The position numbers were made by a program, and so were the translations under genes. Below, piece by piece: positions 13,265 through 26,089 of a DNA stretch of 64,000 nt. Every line of letters begins with the position of its first letter. Position 1 is the first letter of the stretch. The notes under the pieces were generated by a model that was not told the DNA's origin, did not search any database, and saw nothing but the letters and a program-made list of their open reading frames with translations. This stretch comes from Hemiscyllium ocellatum (lineage: Eukaryota), in contig NC_083412.1 of assembly GCF_020745735.1 (NCBI RefSeq), positions 59,548,320 to 59,612,319 of the forward strand, in the 5' to 3' direction.

Positions 13265-13324
13265 TGTTATTTCTTACAAGATCTCAAGGTGGTCCACAAA
13301 AACCAGATAGAAACAGCTTCTCAC

Positions 13325-13432
13325 AACTGGCTCCATTCCTGATGAAGGGCTTTTGCCCGAAACATTGATTTTCCTGCTCCTCAGATGCTGCTTGAGCTGC
13401 TGTGCTTTTCCAGCACCTCTATAATCTTGACT
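13325..13432 (+). mobile_element. Penelope-type terminal repeat fragment
   Basis: cattcctgatgaagggcttttgcccgaaac...tgctgtgcttttccagcacc, the same family as about 690-780. Confidence 0.7.
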
Positions 13433-14439
13433 CTCCATTCAAAATCTATTGAAGTCGTGAAACCTACATTCAGAACCTCAACCTGAGTGTGAAAATCCTG
13501 TACTGTGTAGCCTGATAAAGGTCACATATTGCTCACATATTGCCAAAGAACTTTTCTGGCACTGAAAATGAACTTGTGTGAACTCTCAATCTATCAGATT
13601 TTAATTGTTACTAGAGATTTTTTAAACTAAGTTTACTCTTTCTCTCAACGACTTTATTTCTCCAGCTTTTAAAAGATCCTTTTTTTCTCTTTATTTCATT
13701 TTTTCAATCTAATATGACATTAGCTTTATGATTCTAACTTTGCTAATTTACATTTCTTTGTGAAAGATATTGTGCTGTTCATTGACAATAATTAAATCTG
13801 ATAATTTATAAAGACACACAAGGCTGAATCTTATGGGCTTTGTTTGATTAAATATCGGCTAGGTCAAGATTTTTGGAAGGCTTTTTTGCTGTGAGGCCCA
13901 ACGAGATCTCTCACCAAACCCAAACACTCCCTTGCACATATAACCCCATTTTCTCACCTTATTCTTCATTTAACCACAAGCCCACACTGTTCACCTCTCC
14001 TCACTCATATCCCAGCTAAACACTGGCTCAACATCATCACTATTCTGTCACCATTGCCCATTGGATACCTGTAGCTTGTCTTTGTCCAATGGAGGAACAT
14101 CACTTGCAGGCAACCAATCAGACAATTCCAGATATAATTTTTGATTTACAGCTCATAAAAGAAAACACGAACAACGAAAAGAAAATAAAGGTTGCACATT
14201 ATGCCCACAATACAAACCGGTTGCTGGCATTATGACCAATGACCCCAGTTAACATTCCGTGCTGGTCTGTTGCACCCAGCTCTCATCTACTGGAATTGGT
14301 GGTAATCAGGTTCTGACACAGCTGAACTCTCATGCACAGGAAAGCTTCTTCCTCTCCATTATCTGCTTCCACCCCTCATGGAAGGCTGCTCCAGTTCTCC
14401 CAAGTCCTCAGTATTTGGCAAATCACCTCATTGTCTGCT

Positions 14440-14600
14440 CCAATTGTGCAATGCAGAGCAGAACATGATGATGTGTCACTCCGTGTGTGGGCCGTACCAC
14501 TCAACACTCTCAGATCAGTCCAAGCAATGGAACTGTATCTTCAGAATCCCTCTTGTCTGCCCCACATGGTCCTTGTCGCAGAAAATCCATAAACTTGATG
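14440..14600 (-). mobile_element. Degenerate Harbinger (HARBI1-like) DDE transposase C-terminal fragment
   Basis: Minus-strand translation GILKIQFHCLD*SESVEWYGPHTE*HIIMFCSALHNW matches the G.LK.RF.CLD...II..C.ALHN pattern of Harbinger transposases. Confidence 0.6.
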
Positions 14601-14873
14601 AAGGTAAGTGGCCAACATATTACATCAAAAAAGGAAGGCCTGCTGTACTTTGATTCCTTTCCCATCCCAGAATCACATTAATCATTCAACTTACCATTAC
14701 ATTCAGTAGAACCCTTACATGACATAGGATCAAGCAATGTTCCAAAACTCCCAGAGCACCCTTGGAAGGTTCACAAGTGACGAGATGCTTTTAGCCTGCA
14801 TGTATTTAAGTCATTGCCACTAATCGCTGCATTACTACGTTGTCAGTGTTAGGTTTGTGATCACCAACAGTGT

Positions 14874-15078
14874 GTACAAAGTTAAAAATCACACAACACC
14901 AGGTTATAGTCCAACAGGTTTATTTCGAAGCACTAGCTTTTGGAGCACTGCTCCACAACCACCTGATGAAGGAGCAGTGCTCTGAAAGCTAGTGCTTCCA
15001 ATTAAACCTTTTGGACTATAACCTGATGTTGTGTGATTTTTAACTTTGTACACCCCAGTCCAACACCAGCACTTCCAA
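14874..15078. mobile_element. Penelope-type fold-back (hairpin) element
   Basis: Long inverted arms tgtacaaagttaaaaatcacacaac.../...gttgtgtgatttttaactttgtaca; flanks gtgatcaccaacagt and gtgatcaacagt resemble a TSD. Confidence 0.8.
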
Positions 15079-16849
15079 ATCGTGATCAACAGTATGGTTC
15101 TTATTGCCTTTAGTCAGCACTTGTACCTCCCCCCATCCCAAAGCATGTTTAGTCCTGTGCATTGTAAACGGGCAAAAAAATGATTGGAAATTAAATGGAT
15201 CTGGAGTTTGAAAAATTCATGGATTTGATCCTTCATTGTCCTGGCATCAAGAAGATGTGGATCTCATACTTTTTCCCTTCAAAGTGACACTGGCTCCACT
15301 CACCATGGCTGCTGTACTGAGTATTTTTCCATTATATTAGCACCTAAAGAATGTCAAATGATGGCAAGAATGTAGCTCACCATGGTCACCGTCAGCACTG
15401 AGCTCAACCTGTTTTCCAGGTACCTCCCCACAATCAAACTCTTCTAGGCCCCTCAGACCCTCCATGCTCCTTTTACACTGCACTACCCCAGCAGCACATT
15501 TCCACCCACTCTACCCACATCCCCGGCCAAGTCTCCAGCACGAAGAGATCCATTATAATGAACTTCGTTTCAACTATCCTCGCTGCTCCATGAGCTCTGC
15601 CACTACCACCACCCCCAGTCCACTCCTCCATCCTGATGAGTGTACAGTGATCACAACAAAAAACACCACCTCTCACAGCCCACCGCGCTCTCTGATGCTG
15701 CTCCATATAATTCTCATTACACTTTGAGATTCCTACCTCCCCCTCCTCCACAGCATGCCTCTCATTTTGTTCACCTTTCCAACTTTCACTGCCCTGTTTT
15801 TAGCACTGATATCTCCCTATGCCCTACAGCACCTGCAATTAATACACTGACCCCCCAGGATCATACTCAATTCAGACCTCTGACTGATTTCAAGGAGCAG
15901 CCCCTAGACATTACTGCTCAGGCCCCTGAATGGTGTCTTTGCAATTCCCCTGCTAATGGTACACAATTCTCCTCACTGCTTGTGACAGTCCTACAGTAGG
16001 ATTGTTGCCCAGTCCCCTGGACTGCAGGTTATCTTATCTGATAGTGACTGGCTCAAGTGGACGCCTTACCATGGCTAAACACTGGACAATGTGCTGACTG
16101 TGCCAGTGACTGATGGTACGGGGACCACTTGACTAACGGTGCCATACTAATTGACTGGACTGAGGACAAGCCTGTGACCAATTTCTGGTGTGGCTATTTG
16201 GTTGAATGAATATGCAGTTCTTTGCCGAGCAAGAAGCTGGCACATACTCTAGGTTCCCCTGACAATGCCCCCCACCCCAGCACCTCCCCCTGACAGGTCC
16301 CGACTGACGAGCATAGCAAGCAGCCTGTTGATGTGACTGTTCACATCTGCATATCAATATGGCAGTACTGATATCATGCAGGGTCTGGCTGAAGCATTGA
16401 CAAACTAACAGGCCAGTCAAGGCAAGATAAGGCTGCTGTGAATATGCAGGCAGGCAGTAAGTGAGTGAGCACTAAATAAGCAAGCGAGCAGCTCTGAGAA
16501 GCAGCCAGGTTTGGTCTGTCAGCTGGGTGCCTGTCCCTGCACAGAAAATGTCCACGCAGCAAGTTTACAAAACAAGTTGCTGGTGCACCCTCCAGTGCAA
16601 GTCTGTGCTTTCTAAGCAGAATGAGAGTGGATCAGAGAGCTGCCATGACAATTCTGAGGCATTGGTAAATATCAGATGCCAATGTAGATGTCACTGGTGC
16701 CCAGGATCATGCCCTGAGACAATATTTCTTGCTGAGCAATCAGTGGCAGGCTGAAGTTACCGAGTAGCTATGCTAACTTCCATTTTGAAAATTCAAGATG
16801 TCTCATTTGTTCAGCCTTTTTGATAAGATAGGTAGCTGCAAATTAATCA

Positions 16850-18330
16850 GAGAGTCATACAGTCATACAACACAGAGTCAGACCCTTTGCTCCAACCTGT
16901 CCACGTTGATCATAATCCCAAAGTAAACTAGTCCCACCAGTCTGTGCTTGGCCCATTTCCCACCAATATTTATTAATCATGTACTTATCCAAATGTCTTT
17001 TAAATGTTGTAACTATACCTGCATCCACTGCTTCCTCTGGAAGTTCATTCCACACACAAACTCCTCTCTGTGAAAAAATATTGCCCCTCATGTTTTTTTT
17101 AATCTATCTCCTCTTACACTCTGGTCTTGAAATCCCCATTCTGATAGAAAATACATTTGCTATTTACTTTGTCTATACCCCTGATGATTTTATAAATCTC
17201 CATAAGGTCACACCTCAATCTCCTACATTCTAGTGAAAAATGTCCCAGCCTGTCCAATCTTTCTTTCTAAGTTAAACCCTCCATTCCTGGCAACATCCTG
17301 GTAAACCTCTTCTGAATCCTCACCAACTTAGTAGTTTCCTTCCTACAGCATGATGACCAGACTGGACACAGTAGTCCAGAAGAGGGCTCAGAAATGTCTT
17401 GTACAACTTTAACATAGCGTCCCAACTCCTATACTCAAAGGTCTGAGCGATGAAGGCAAGCATACTAAATGCCTTCTTAACCCCCTGTCTATATGTGATG
17501 CATGCTTCAATGGGGTATTGAAATTGTAGGCCTCTCTATTCTACAACACTACCAAAGTGTAGTGGTATACGTACCGCCCTTGTTTCTTTCATCAAAATGC
17601 AATACCTTTCATCTATCCAAATTAAACTTCATCTGTCACTCTTTAGCCCACTGACCCAATTGATCTCTTTGTAATCTTTAGATTAGATTACTTACAGTGT
17701 GGAAACAGGCCCTTCAGCCCAACAAGTCCACACCGACCCGCAACCCACCCATACCCCTACATTTACCCCTTACCTAACACTACGGGCAATTTAGCATGGC
17801 CAATTCACCTGACCCGCACATCTTTGGACTGTGGGAGGAAACTGGAGCACCCGGAGGAAACCCACGCTGACACGGGGAGAATGCAAACTCCACACAGTCA
17901 GTCGCCTGAGTTGGGAATTGAACCCGGATCTCAGGCGCTGTGAGGCAGCAGTGCTAACCACTGTGCCACCGTGCCGCCCACTAGATAACCTATCTTAGAT
18001 AACCTTCTTCTGTATCCGTTATACCATCAATTTTGGTATCAACTGCAAATTTACTAATCATGCCTTCTGAATTCTCATCCAAATTATTTATATAAATGGC
18101 AAACAAAAGTGGACCCAGCATATATCCCCATGGAACACTGCTGGTCACAGGCCTCCAGTCTGAAAAACAACTCTCCATCAATACACTCTGTCTCCTCTCT
18201 TTAAGGCATTTTTTTAATGAAGCGGGTTGTGTGATTAATAAACTAACATGCGATAATCTCCCCAATAGACATCTCATTGCTACAGAGCAATAAACTTGTC
18301 TCAATACCTAACATCAAAGATGCAGTGAGT
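16850..18330 (-). mobile_element. CR1 LINE 3' fragment interrupted by a SINE
   Basis: Minus ORFs with CR1 RT/C-terminal text (WRPVTSSVPWG..LGPLLFAIYINNLD..ISKFAVDTK; MRGNIFSQRGVCVWNELP). Confidence 0.85.
17679..17979 (-). mobile_element. HE1-like SINE, full length
   Basis: Reverse complement of 4194-4506, from the tagattagatta tail to ...caccgtgccgccc. Confidence 0.9.
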
Positions 18331-19386
18331 TATTCCCAATGTCAAGATAGGCCTCAGTGGGTTTCTCATGTGATCCTGCCACAAATCTCGCCACAGGCCA
18401 CATTGTTCACGACCCTAAAAGATTCCAGCACAGTTGCTTTCCTTGTTCATAAAGGTCACAAATGGCCTGTAGAGAGCATGTTTTAGATCTCTAACTTACA
18501 TTAACATCTCATGCGAAAGACCAGAGAAATAATTTAGCAAGTGCAGTTTTATCAAGTTGCTAAGTTCACGAGCTTACCATCTATAGTTAATATAAAAATG
18601 AGTTGTTGTATATCAATAAAAAAAATGCATGAATGGAAATGGGGTAAAGGTTGGTGATTAGAAAAATTGAGGAGTTGAAAGGTTTAGGTTGACAAAACAT
18701 TAAAAGCAACCTTGAGTGCATAAGTGCAAAGCTAATGGATTCTTGCCAGAAAACAGTAAGCATAGATTATAAAATATAATGCTGAAGCTCTCTATGAAAT
18801 TATAGAAAGGCCACAACTGGCATGCTTTGTTGTTCTATACATACAAACATAAAAGGCAAGCAAGGATGGATAAAAACTCTTGGCCTGACCAGTAGTGCCC
18901 ATACGCAACAAACAAATAGTTTTGGAATTTGCAATCAACTAAAAGAACACATAATAATACAGCTTACTGTATTACATCAAAATATTAGGAAACTGTATTC
19001 ATTAATGGAAAAAAACAAATCTAGCAATCATCATAATATACCTAAACCACTTAAATGTTTAAAATTTCAGTTTAAGAAAACAATTAGTGTTAACGTCCAA
19101 CTTGCGACACTGGAGCCACTCTAAAGTTACATTTGTTTATGCATTTGCAGTTGCAAAACCATTCTTTGCCCAAATCACATATTTGAAAGTTGCTGGCAAG
19201 GTCAGCAATTTGTTGGCATCCTTAACTGCCCTTGAGAAAGCGAATAATCTGAAATGATATGAAACGTTTATTTCTTAAAGACGCACATGTGGTTCCTTTG
19301 TAGTTAGCAGTTTGCCTTATGTTTGATGTGGGGCAAATGCTGGCAACTGAGTAATCTCTGTAGAATCGATTATTTTTATCTATGAC

Positions 19387-19531
19387 CTTTACAACAGTAG
19401 ATTCTATTGTCTGGTCCTGCTCTGGTCTTTTCAATTCCTGTTTTTGTTTACTCTTTGGAAGAGTTTTGACATGAACAGATGCATAATGAAGAGTTTCACT
19501 GCTGAGAGAAATATTATCCTGTAACATATGT
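19387..19531 (-). CDS. Candidate cytoplasmic exon with ITIM (LHYASV)
   Basis: Strong acceptor tcttatttctctttctcag. Open frame HMLQDNISLSSETLHYASVHVKTLPK...ESTVVK; ITIM codons at 19474-19491. Possible donor AAG|gtcata, or read-through to the stop at 19222. Confidence 0.45.
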
Positions 19532-19622
19532 CTGAGAAAGAGAAATAAGAACACAAGATTAATTAAAAATAAGTTAATTGGAATTTTAGGTTTGATATTA
19601 ATTTAGCATGAATTTTGTTTGC

Positions 19623-19681
19623 CTGTTGTACAATGCAAAGCAATATAGGAATGTTAGTATTCCAACACATACAGCAAACAT
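19623..19681 (-). CDS. Candidate transmembrane exon
   Basis: Acceptor ttgcttgtttttag, then MFAVCVGILTFLYCFALYN. The non-canonical donor CAG|gcaaac (phase 2) matches the phase-2 acceptor of the ITIM exon across a 91-bp intron. Confidence 0.4.
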
Positions 19682-20229
19682 CTAAAAACAAGCAAATCAA
19701 CTGTACATTTCTGACTTTCATGTTTTGACAATAGCCTCTTAAAAATCCTGTCTGTTCTACACTTCACTTAAACTATTGGTTGGCATTCAATCAGCCCTCT
19801 CCACCATCTCTGGTTAAATTCCCAGGACCCTGTACTGGTAACAAATACAATCCTGCTGGTCCTTAATTGCACCTTCATGTTTGTATTGGACAATCAATAT
19901 CATGTCGCTTAGTGACTCATTAAGAACTGTCCACACCTTTGAAAAGGAAATCTTGAGTTTAAGGAATTGTGGTGCCCAGCCCACTGGATTTCCTACTGTT
20001 GCAAGCAGCTTCCTCCTTCTTCTGACTTGAAATGTTAACTCTGTTTCTGTCTCCACAGACGCTTCCAGGCCTACTCAGTTTCTTTCACGCTGCATTATAA
20101 TCAATCAGACTTCCAGCTGATAAGCAGAACACCAGCTTGCCAAACATAAACCGGAGACAAAAGTTACCTCATTTATAATCTCTTGCAATTAATTTAGTGT
20201 TGGATACTGGATGAAGCATCATCTCATGG

Positions 20230-21040
20230 TATCATAGAGGTGTACAGTACAGAAACAAACCCTTCAGTCAAACTCGTCCATACCAACCAGACATCAGAAA
20301 TTAATCTAATCCCATTTGCCAGCACTTGGCCCATATCCCTGCAAACCCTTCCTAATCATGTATCCATCCAGGTGCCTTTTAAATGTTGTAACAGTACCAG
20401 CCTCCACCACTTCCTCTGGCAGTTGATTCCACACACACACCATGCTCTGCATGAAAATGTTGCCCCTTGGGTCCCTTTGAAATCTTTCCTTTCTTACCTT
20501 AAACTTAACACCCTCTAGTTTTGGAATTCCCTACCCTGGGAAAGAAAGACCTGGACTATTCACCTTATCCATGCCCCTAATTATTTTGTAAACTTCTCTA
20601 ATGTCACCCCTCAGCCTCTGATGCCCCAACCTATTCAATCTCTCCCTACAGCTCAAACCCTCTAATCCTGGCAACATCTTTGCAAATCTTTTCTAAACCC
20701 TTTCAAATTTAACATCTTTCCTATGCCGGGAGAGCAGATTTGAATGCGGTATTCCAAAAGTGGCCTAACCAATGTCCTGTACAGCCACAACATGTCCTCC
20801 CTAATTCCTACACTCAATGCACTGACCAATAAAGGTACGTGTACCCAAATGCCTTCTTCACAACCCTGTCTACCTGCAACTCCACTTTCACTTCCAAGGT
20901 CTCTTTATTTGGCAACAGTCCCCAGGACTTTACTATTAATAATGTAAGTCCTACCCTGATTTGCCCTAGTGAAATGCAGAACCTCATATTTATCTACCTT
21001 AAACTCCTTCTGCCAGACCTCAGCCCATGTTCAATCATCC
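20230..21040 (-). mobile_element. CR1 LINE 3' fragment
   Basis: Typical reverse CR1 3' end (tgtacagtacagaaacaaacccttc..., gtggcctaaccaatgtcctgtacagc). Confidence 0.8.
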
Positions 21041-22189
21041 ACACTGGGAAGAAGATTTTAGTTTAAATACCCTCATTTTCAGTTGGATGCAATTGGAACA
21101 GTGCGGTTTCACTGAGTATTACTGTCATAAGGGCAGAAAACTGCTTATACTCACACATGTTTAATCAGTTTTGCCTTAAAATACATGTGTATATATGTAT
21201 GTGTACACTTGCCTGGTTAAACATTGCCATGATGTCCCCTTTAGTCAACGATATCTTACTTAATTCTAATGCCTAAACTAATACCTCAAGAAAACTCACA
21301 TGACATCTACTGTGATTTTTTACTATATTTAGATGCAAGTAAATGTCTCCAGAAGTAGTAGAACAAAAGCTGACCTTTAAAAATTACAGAACTACAAAAC
21401 GTTGGTTTGTTTATGGTCAAATGTCAGCAGTCTTCTTATGGAAATTGAGCCATTAAACAGGCAGGGCATCAATCGCAGGTATCAATGTGAAACAACATTG
21501 AAGTACCAATGTGAAACAACATTGTCATTTACCTCAATCATGTGGGGAGCCAAATAAACCAGACTTTTTGAAATCTATGATTCATCATTTTACATCCAGA
21601 GATAATTATTTGAGAGTCTGAGATTCAATCTAAAATGCTAATGCCATTGTTTTCACAGCTGAACACAACTATTTCAGCTGTTGGTGGATTTCTATCTTTA
21701 CAATGCTAATGTTTGCTGATTGAAGGTCAGGAATGAATAAATGACTGTTCTGGAAAAATACGCACCTTTCTCTATTTACTCCATCCTATCTCATATTTGT
21801 ATTTCCTCAAATTACTGAAAATTGAATTAAAAGCCAACAGGCTGAGTCTTGCTTCAACTTTCAATATGAACTTCGTAATATAATAAAAAGCATATTAATT
21901 TTCCCAATCAGATTTGGTGGTTAATACCAATAGTTCCTGGACAACCTCATCCTGGAAAGTTTGCAATTTATATGAGTTTCTTGTCTATGCTAATTAAAAT
22001 CTAGATCAGACATTGAGCTTAATTCACAGAAAAGAAGTGAACTAAATCTTCAAAGACATTTCAAAGCAATGACGTGTGCTCAGGACTATGTTTTATGTCG
22101 GTGAAATGTGGACCACTTGCAGCTAAATCATCAAAATAGCAGTCTTCTCAAAAAAATTGTTCACAATCATATGACTTAATTGGCTTTGG

Positions 22190-22560
22190 AGAATGTAGGG
22201 ACTGCAAATGTTGGAGATCAGAGCCAAGATTGTGGTACTGGAAAAGAACAGCAGGTCAGGCATCAGAAACGTATGCCCGAAATGGCGACTCTCTTGCTCC
22301 TCAGATGCTGCCTGACCTGCTGTGCTTTTCCAGGACCACACTCTCGACTCTGACTTCATTGGCTATAGAGCATAAAAAGTAGTTCCATAAGCAAGGACTT
22401 TCTCGCTGGTGAGAGATGTTCTCTCATTCCTGATGAAGGGCTTTTGCCCGAAACGTCAATTTTCCTGGTCCTCGGATGCTGCCTGAGCTGCTGTGCTTTT
22501 CCAGCACCACTCTAATCTATACTCTGATCTCCAGCATCTGCAGTCCTCACTTTCGCCCGA
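22190..22560. mobile_element. Two adjacent Penelope-type terminal repeat pieces
   Basis: Hairpin-like piece at about 22195-22355 and a single-arm piece at about 22425-22558, same family as 31044-31259. Confidence 0.7.
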
Positions 22561-22574
22561 GAGTTATTCTGCCA

Positions 22575-22740
22575 GTCAACCAGCAGGATGTTCAAAGCTC
22601 CATATCAAGGATGCTTACCAATATGACCTAAAACTTCTAGAATATTGAACCTAGGAATCACTAGCTGACAATAGTGGAAAATGGCAACAGCTTCTGTAAG
22701 GTGTTGTGATGACCAATGGTTATTACAGCAGTTTGACAAC
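22575..22740 (+). mobile_element. RTE-clade LINE 3' fragment
   Basis: Decayed translation PAGCSKLHIKDAYQYDLK...*ESLADNSGKWQQ resembles the RP.GRPKLR.KD.CK.DL..WE.LA.DR..W end of RTE ORFs. Confidence 0.5.
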
Positions 22741-24255
22741 AGACACTAATATTGCAAAACAACCTACGATAATATTCAGTTGTGTAATGAACAGGATTCT
22801 TAAGAATTGACTTCTTCAGCGATCAGCAAAGGTGTGAGCACCCTGACAAAATGAATTTGCTTCCTGTACGTTCATCATCTTCCATAGATGGAAGGCTGTC
22901 AATGAGAATTTATTCATGGATTATTGTGCTAATGATGGAAGTGGTACACTTAGCAGAGCAATAGTTCAACAAATGTTGCCGTCAGTGTTATCTAAAGGCA
23001 TGCCATAGAATTAGGGATTTTACTCTTGGTAGTCAAATCTCATTGAAATCAAATCAAAGATTGCATGATTTTGAAGAAACTTAGTCTAAAAAAAACTAGA
23101 TTTTGTTGATTCAACTTTATAGAACCTGTCTCAAAGATATTCAGCAAAAAATAGTTTCTGGTTGGGAAAAAGACAGAAGAAAAGATAGCCTGTGTCTCCT
23201 TGCGATAAAATTACAATAAAGTAGTGGCACCCTCTCATGTACAGTTTCCATGTGGAAAAAATAAACCTTCCTGAAGAAAGTTAGCCAAGGCAAAACATTG
23301 CTGTATTGACTTAATGAAGTGTCTGGTTGGAGCATATGAGGAACAAATACCTTTGTCTTAACCTTTTACTCATGGAATATGGGCATATTTCAATGTTCAT
23401 CTCCATCATATATCCGCAACCAATGAGGAAAGGGAAAATAAACAGACTGTGTAGCTAGGATATTATCCTCTATATCCATTTTTTTCTTGCTGTATTCCCT
23501 ACATACCCAGGCAGAAACAAAATCGAAACCAACTGTATGTTAATTTCATTAAGTTTGCTCTAATTAAGCAAGTGAGGACTTAAATTATATTCTATTTGAT
23601 TATTGGTATATGTAAAAATACTCTCTCAAAAAGGAAAAATGTCTTAATGGCCCAGTCAAGATTTATGGCTTTATTTCTGTTTATATGGTTCAAGCTAATG
23701 TACACACAGGGTCACAAATGTGAAAATACTTTGCGATAACGACCTTTTACTGAAGGATACCAATCACAGAGAGTACAAATTTGACTGAATGCATTGCTGT
23801 TATTGAATACCATTTCTTTTGTGCATATCTTGATAAACTTAAATTCTGTGAAACCTGAGAAACTGTCTCATATATCCGATTTGGTCTTATAACTAACAAA
23901 TATAAGTTAACCTTTTAAATTGGCCCTGTCAATTCCGACTATAATCGCAATTAAGGACTCTTATTGTCCCTACTTCTAAGCCAGGAGGCTTTAGTTCAAG
24001 TCCCACCTGCTTCAGAGGTGTGCAATTAAATTTCTGAACAGGTTAATTGGGATACATATATGATTGCAATTGACACACTTTACAATTAAAGTAAATCTTA
24101 AATCTTAAATAAAGACAAAAGATACTCTGCTTCCTTTGTGTTCCCAGTGTATCATATTCACAAATGATTTAGTTAAAGCTGACAATATTTTATAACAGCT
24201 TCAGTTTAGTGGAGCACAGATCACGTAAAGTCAAGGAATATATCAAAACATCTAC

Positions 24256-24318
24256 TTGTTACACATTTTGATTTTTCCATAATTTGGTCATCAACATCTT
24301 TGCCATGAACTGATGAAT
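24256..24318 (-). CDS. Candidate 63-nt phase 1-1 exon (DSSVHGKDVDDQIMEKSKCVT)
   Basis: Acceptor atattgatatatttatag, donor gtagat. Only the phase-1 frame is open, and it fits the upstream exon ending at 24589. Confidence 0.3.
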
Positions 24319-24588
24319 CTATAAATATATCAATATGAAAACAGTCTTATAGTCAAATATAGTTGTATGTATAAGTGAAATCCAACTATAAAAATAGTCT
24401 ATTACAATGAAATCATGCTCCATTTGGACAATCACTAAGGGTAAGAAATGTATATGTCATATGCATTTGCATGAAAAGGAAAAATATCCACATGACCCAG
24501 GTCAGTGTAAGGAGAAGAATTTATAATTTTATTACTGTAACACACAGGCTAACAAATGTGAAAAGACAACAAAATGAAGAGCATTTAC

Positions 24589-24664
24589 CAAGGACACTGA
24601 TAACAAGCAACAAAAAAACACATAAAATCCTATCTGTGACAATATACTCTATCTCTGTTTCCAT
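24589..24664 (-). CDS. Candidate leader (signal peptide) exon METEIEYIVTDRILCVFLLLVISVL
   Basis: Hydrophobic run ends at the phase-1 donor CTTG|gtaaat; spliced to 24256-24318 it gives ..LVISVLDSSVHG, a plausible signal c-region. Confidence 0.35.
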
Positions 24665-26089
24665 CCAAGGAGCCTGGCTTTGGTTTCCCCTAACCGTTTG
24701 GAATGTACACATTCTGTACTTGACACATTGTCACTAGAAAGATGACCCATTGTTCTGATATAGATTCTCCATCAGCCTTAGCTTCATTTTTCTGGAAAGA
24801 TCCCAATTCATTTCAATGAAGGTAGTCCTCTTTCACGTTAGACTTTTTCTTACTCTTTTAAATCTTGCAGTTTGAGGATCAAATATAGTCAAATTTTGAT
24901 CTAACATTATTCATTTGATACTTGGATGATTAAACGTCCCAAAGTCACCACAATTAGTTCTCGCATATTGAATGAAAGTCGGCAGAAAATTTCCAAGAAT
25001 GTGAGTATACCTTTCCACTTCCTCAACTCAATGCAAATAGATTCTGTCCTGTTCCTTTAAGGAAACCCTCTGTCTCCAAGACTAAGATGTCTTCCTGACC
25101 CAGTGCCATTGCCTTGCCTCCCTTTCATATATTTTTGAACATTCTTTCTCCTTGAATATTTTGTAGCCAATCCTCACAGTTTATAAACCATGTTTGTCAT
25201 TGCCAATACATCAAATTCTCACACAGCTTGTGCTTGTAGCTCATCAACATTATTGACTTGTCTTTTTAAGTGTGTGCATTCAAAATGCCACTGTATTCCT
25301 TGTAGTCCTTCTTAGTCAACTCCTATTCAGTATGGGAGCACTTCCTCTCTGGTCCTATGCATCATTCTCAGTGAATGTACATTATGTTGTTTTGCCACTT
25401 CTGCATCCTGCTGCCCATTTCCCTGTGAGTTTAATTTAAATCTTCCACAGCCACTGTCATGTGTTTCTCTGAGAACATTTATCCAGGTACTGGTGAGGTG
25501 TGAGCTGCACCTTATTGAAATGAATCTTGTATTTACCCTGTGGCAGATGTTAGACCAATGGGCCTGTACTGTTTTATTTTCTTTTTCCTTCCTTTCTTGC
25601 CAGAGAAGCTTTGTTGACTATTTTTCCAATCTGTTAAGACCTTTCCAGAATCCAGCAAACTCTACAAATTAGAATCAATACATCAATTACTTCATCAGCT
25701 ACTCATTTACAGACCATACCATTCATCACTTCTCATCTTTCAGTTCCAATCATTTTCTCAGTACCTTTTTCCTCATGAACATAATTTCATTTCAACAATT
25801 GCATAATTGTTTTAAGTACCTCCCTCTCTTTCAGTTCCTGGTTTTTAAGATGCTGTTTGTGTCTTCTGCATTGATTACTTACATAAAATGTTATTTCACA
25901 CTTCCAATCATTCTTTAGTTCCCACTAATTCCTCATTCTCAACCTCCCAGTGGAACAATGCTTGCTTTCCTCTTTTCCTTTTCAAATGCTGATAGAAATC
26001 TTACAATTTGTTTCTATTTTTCTACTTAGCTTTCTCTCATATTCTAATTTCTCCCATATATTTTAGTCACTGTTTGTTTTAGAATTTTA

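Noticed and set aside
18579-18581. 3-nt ATG micro-exon on the minus strand (tatattaactatag ATG gtaagc)
   Set aside because: The splice signals are good but there is no neighbouring exon context; easily chance.
22815-22895. C-type lectin-like peptide KMMNVQEANSFCQ on the minus strand
   Set aside because: Short match followed by an in-frame stop, with no other lectin exons found.
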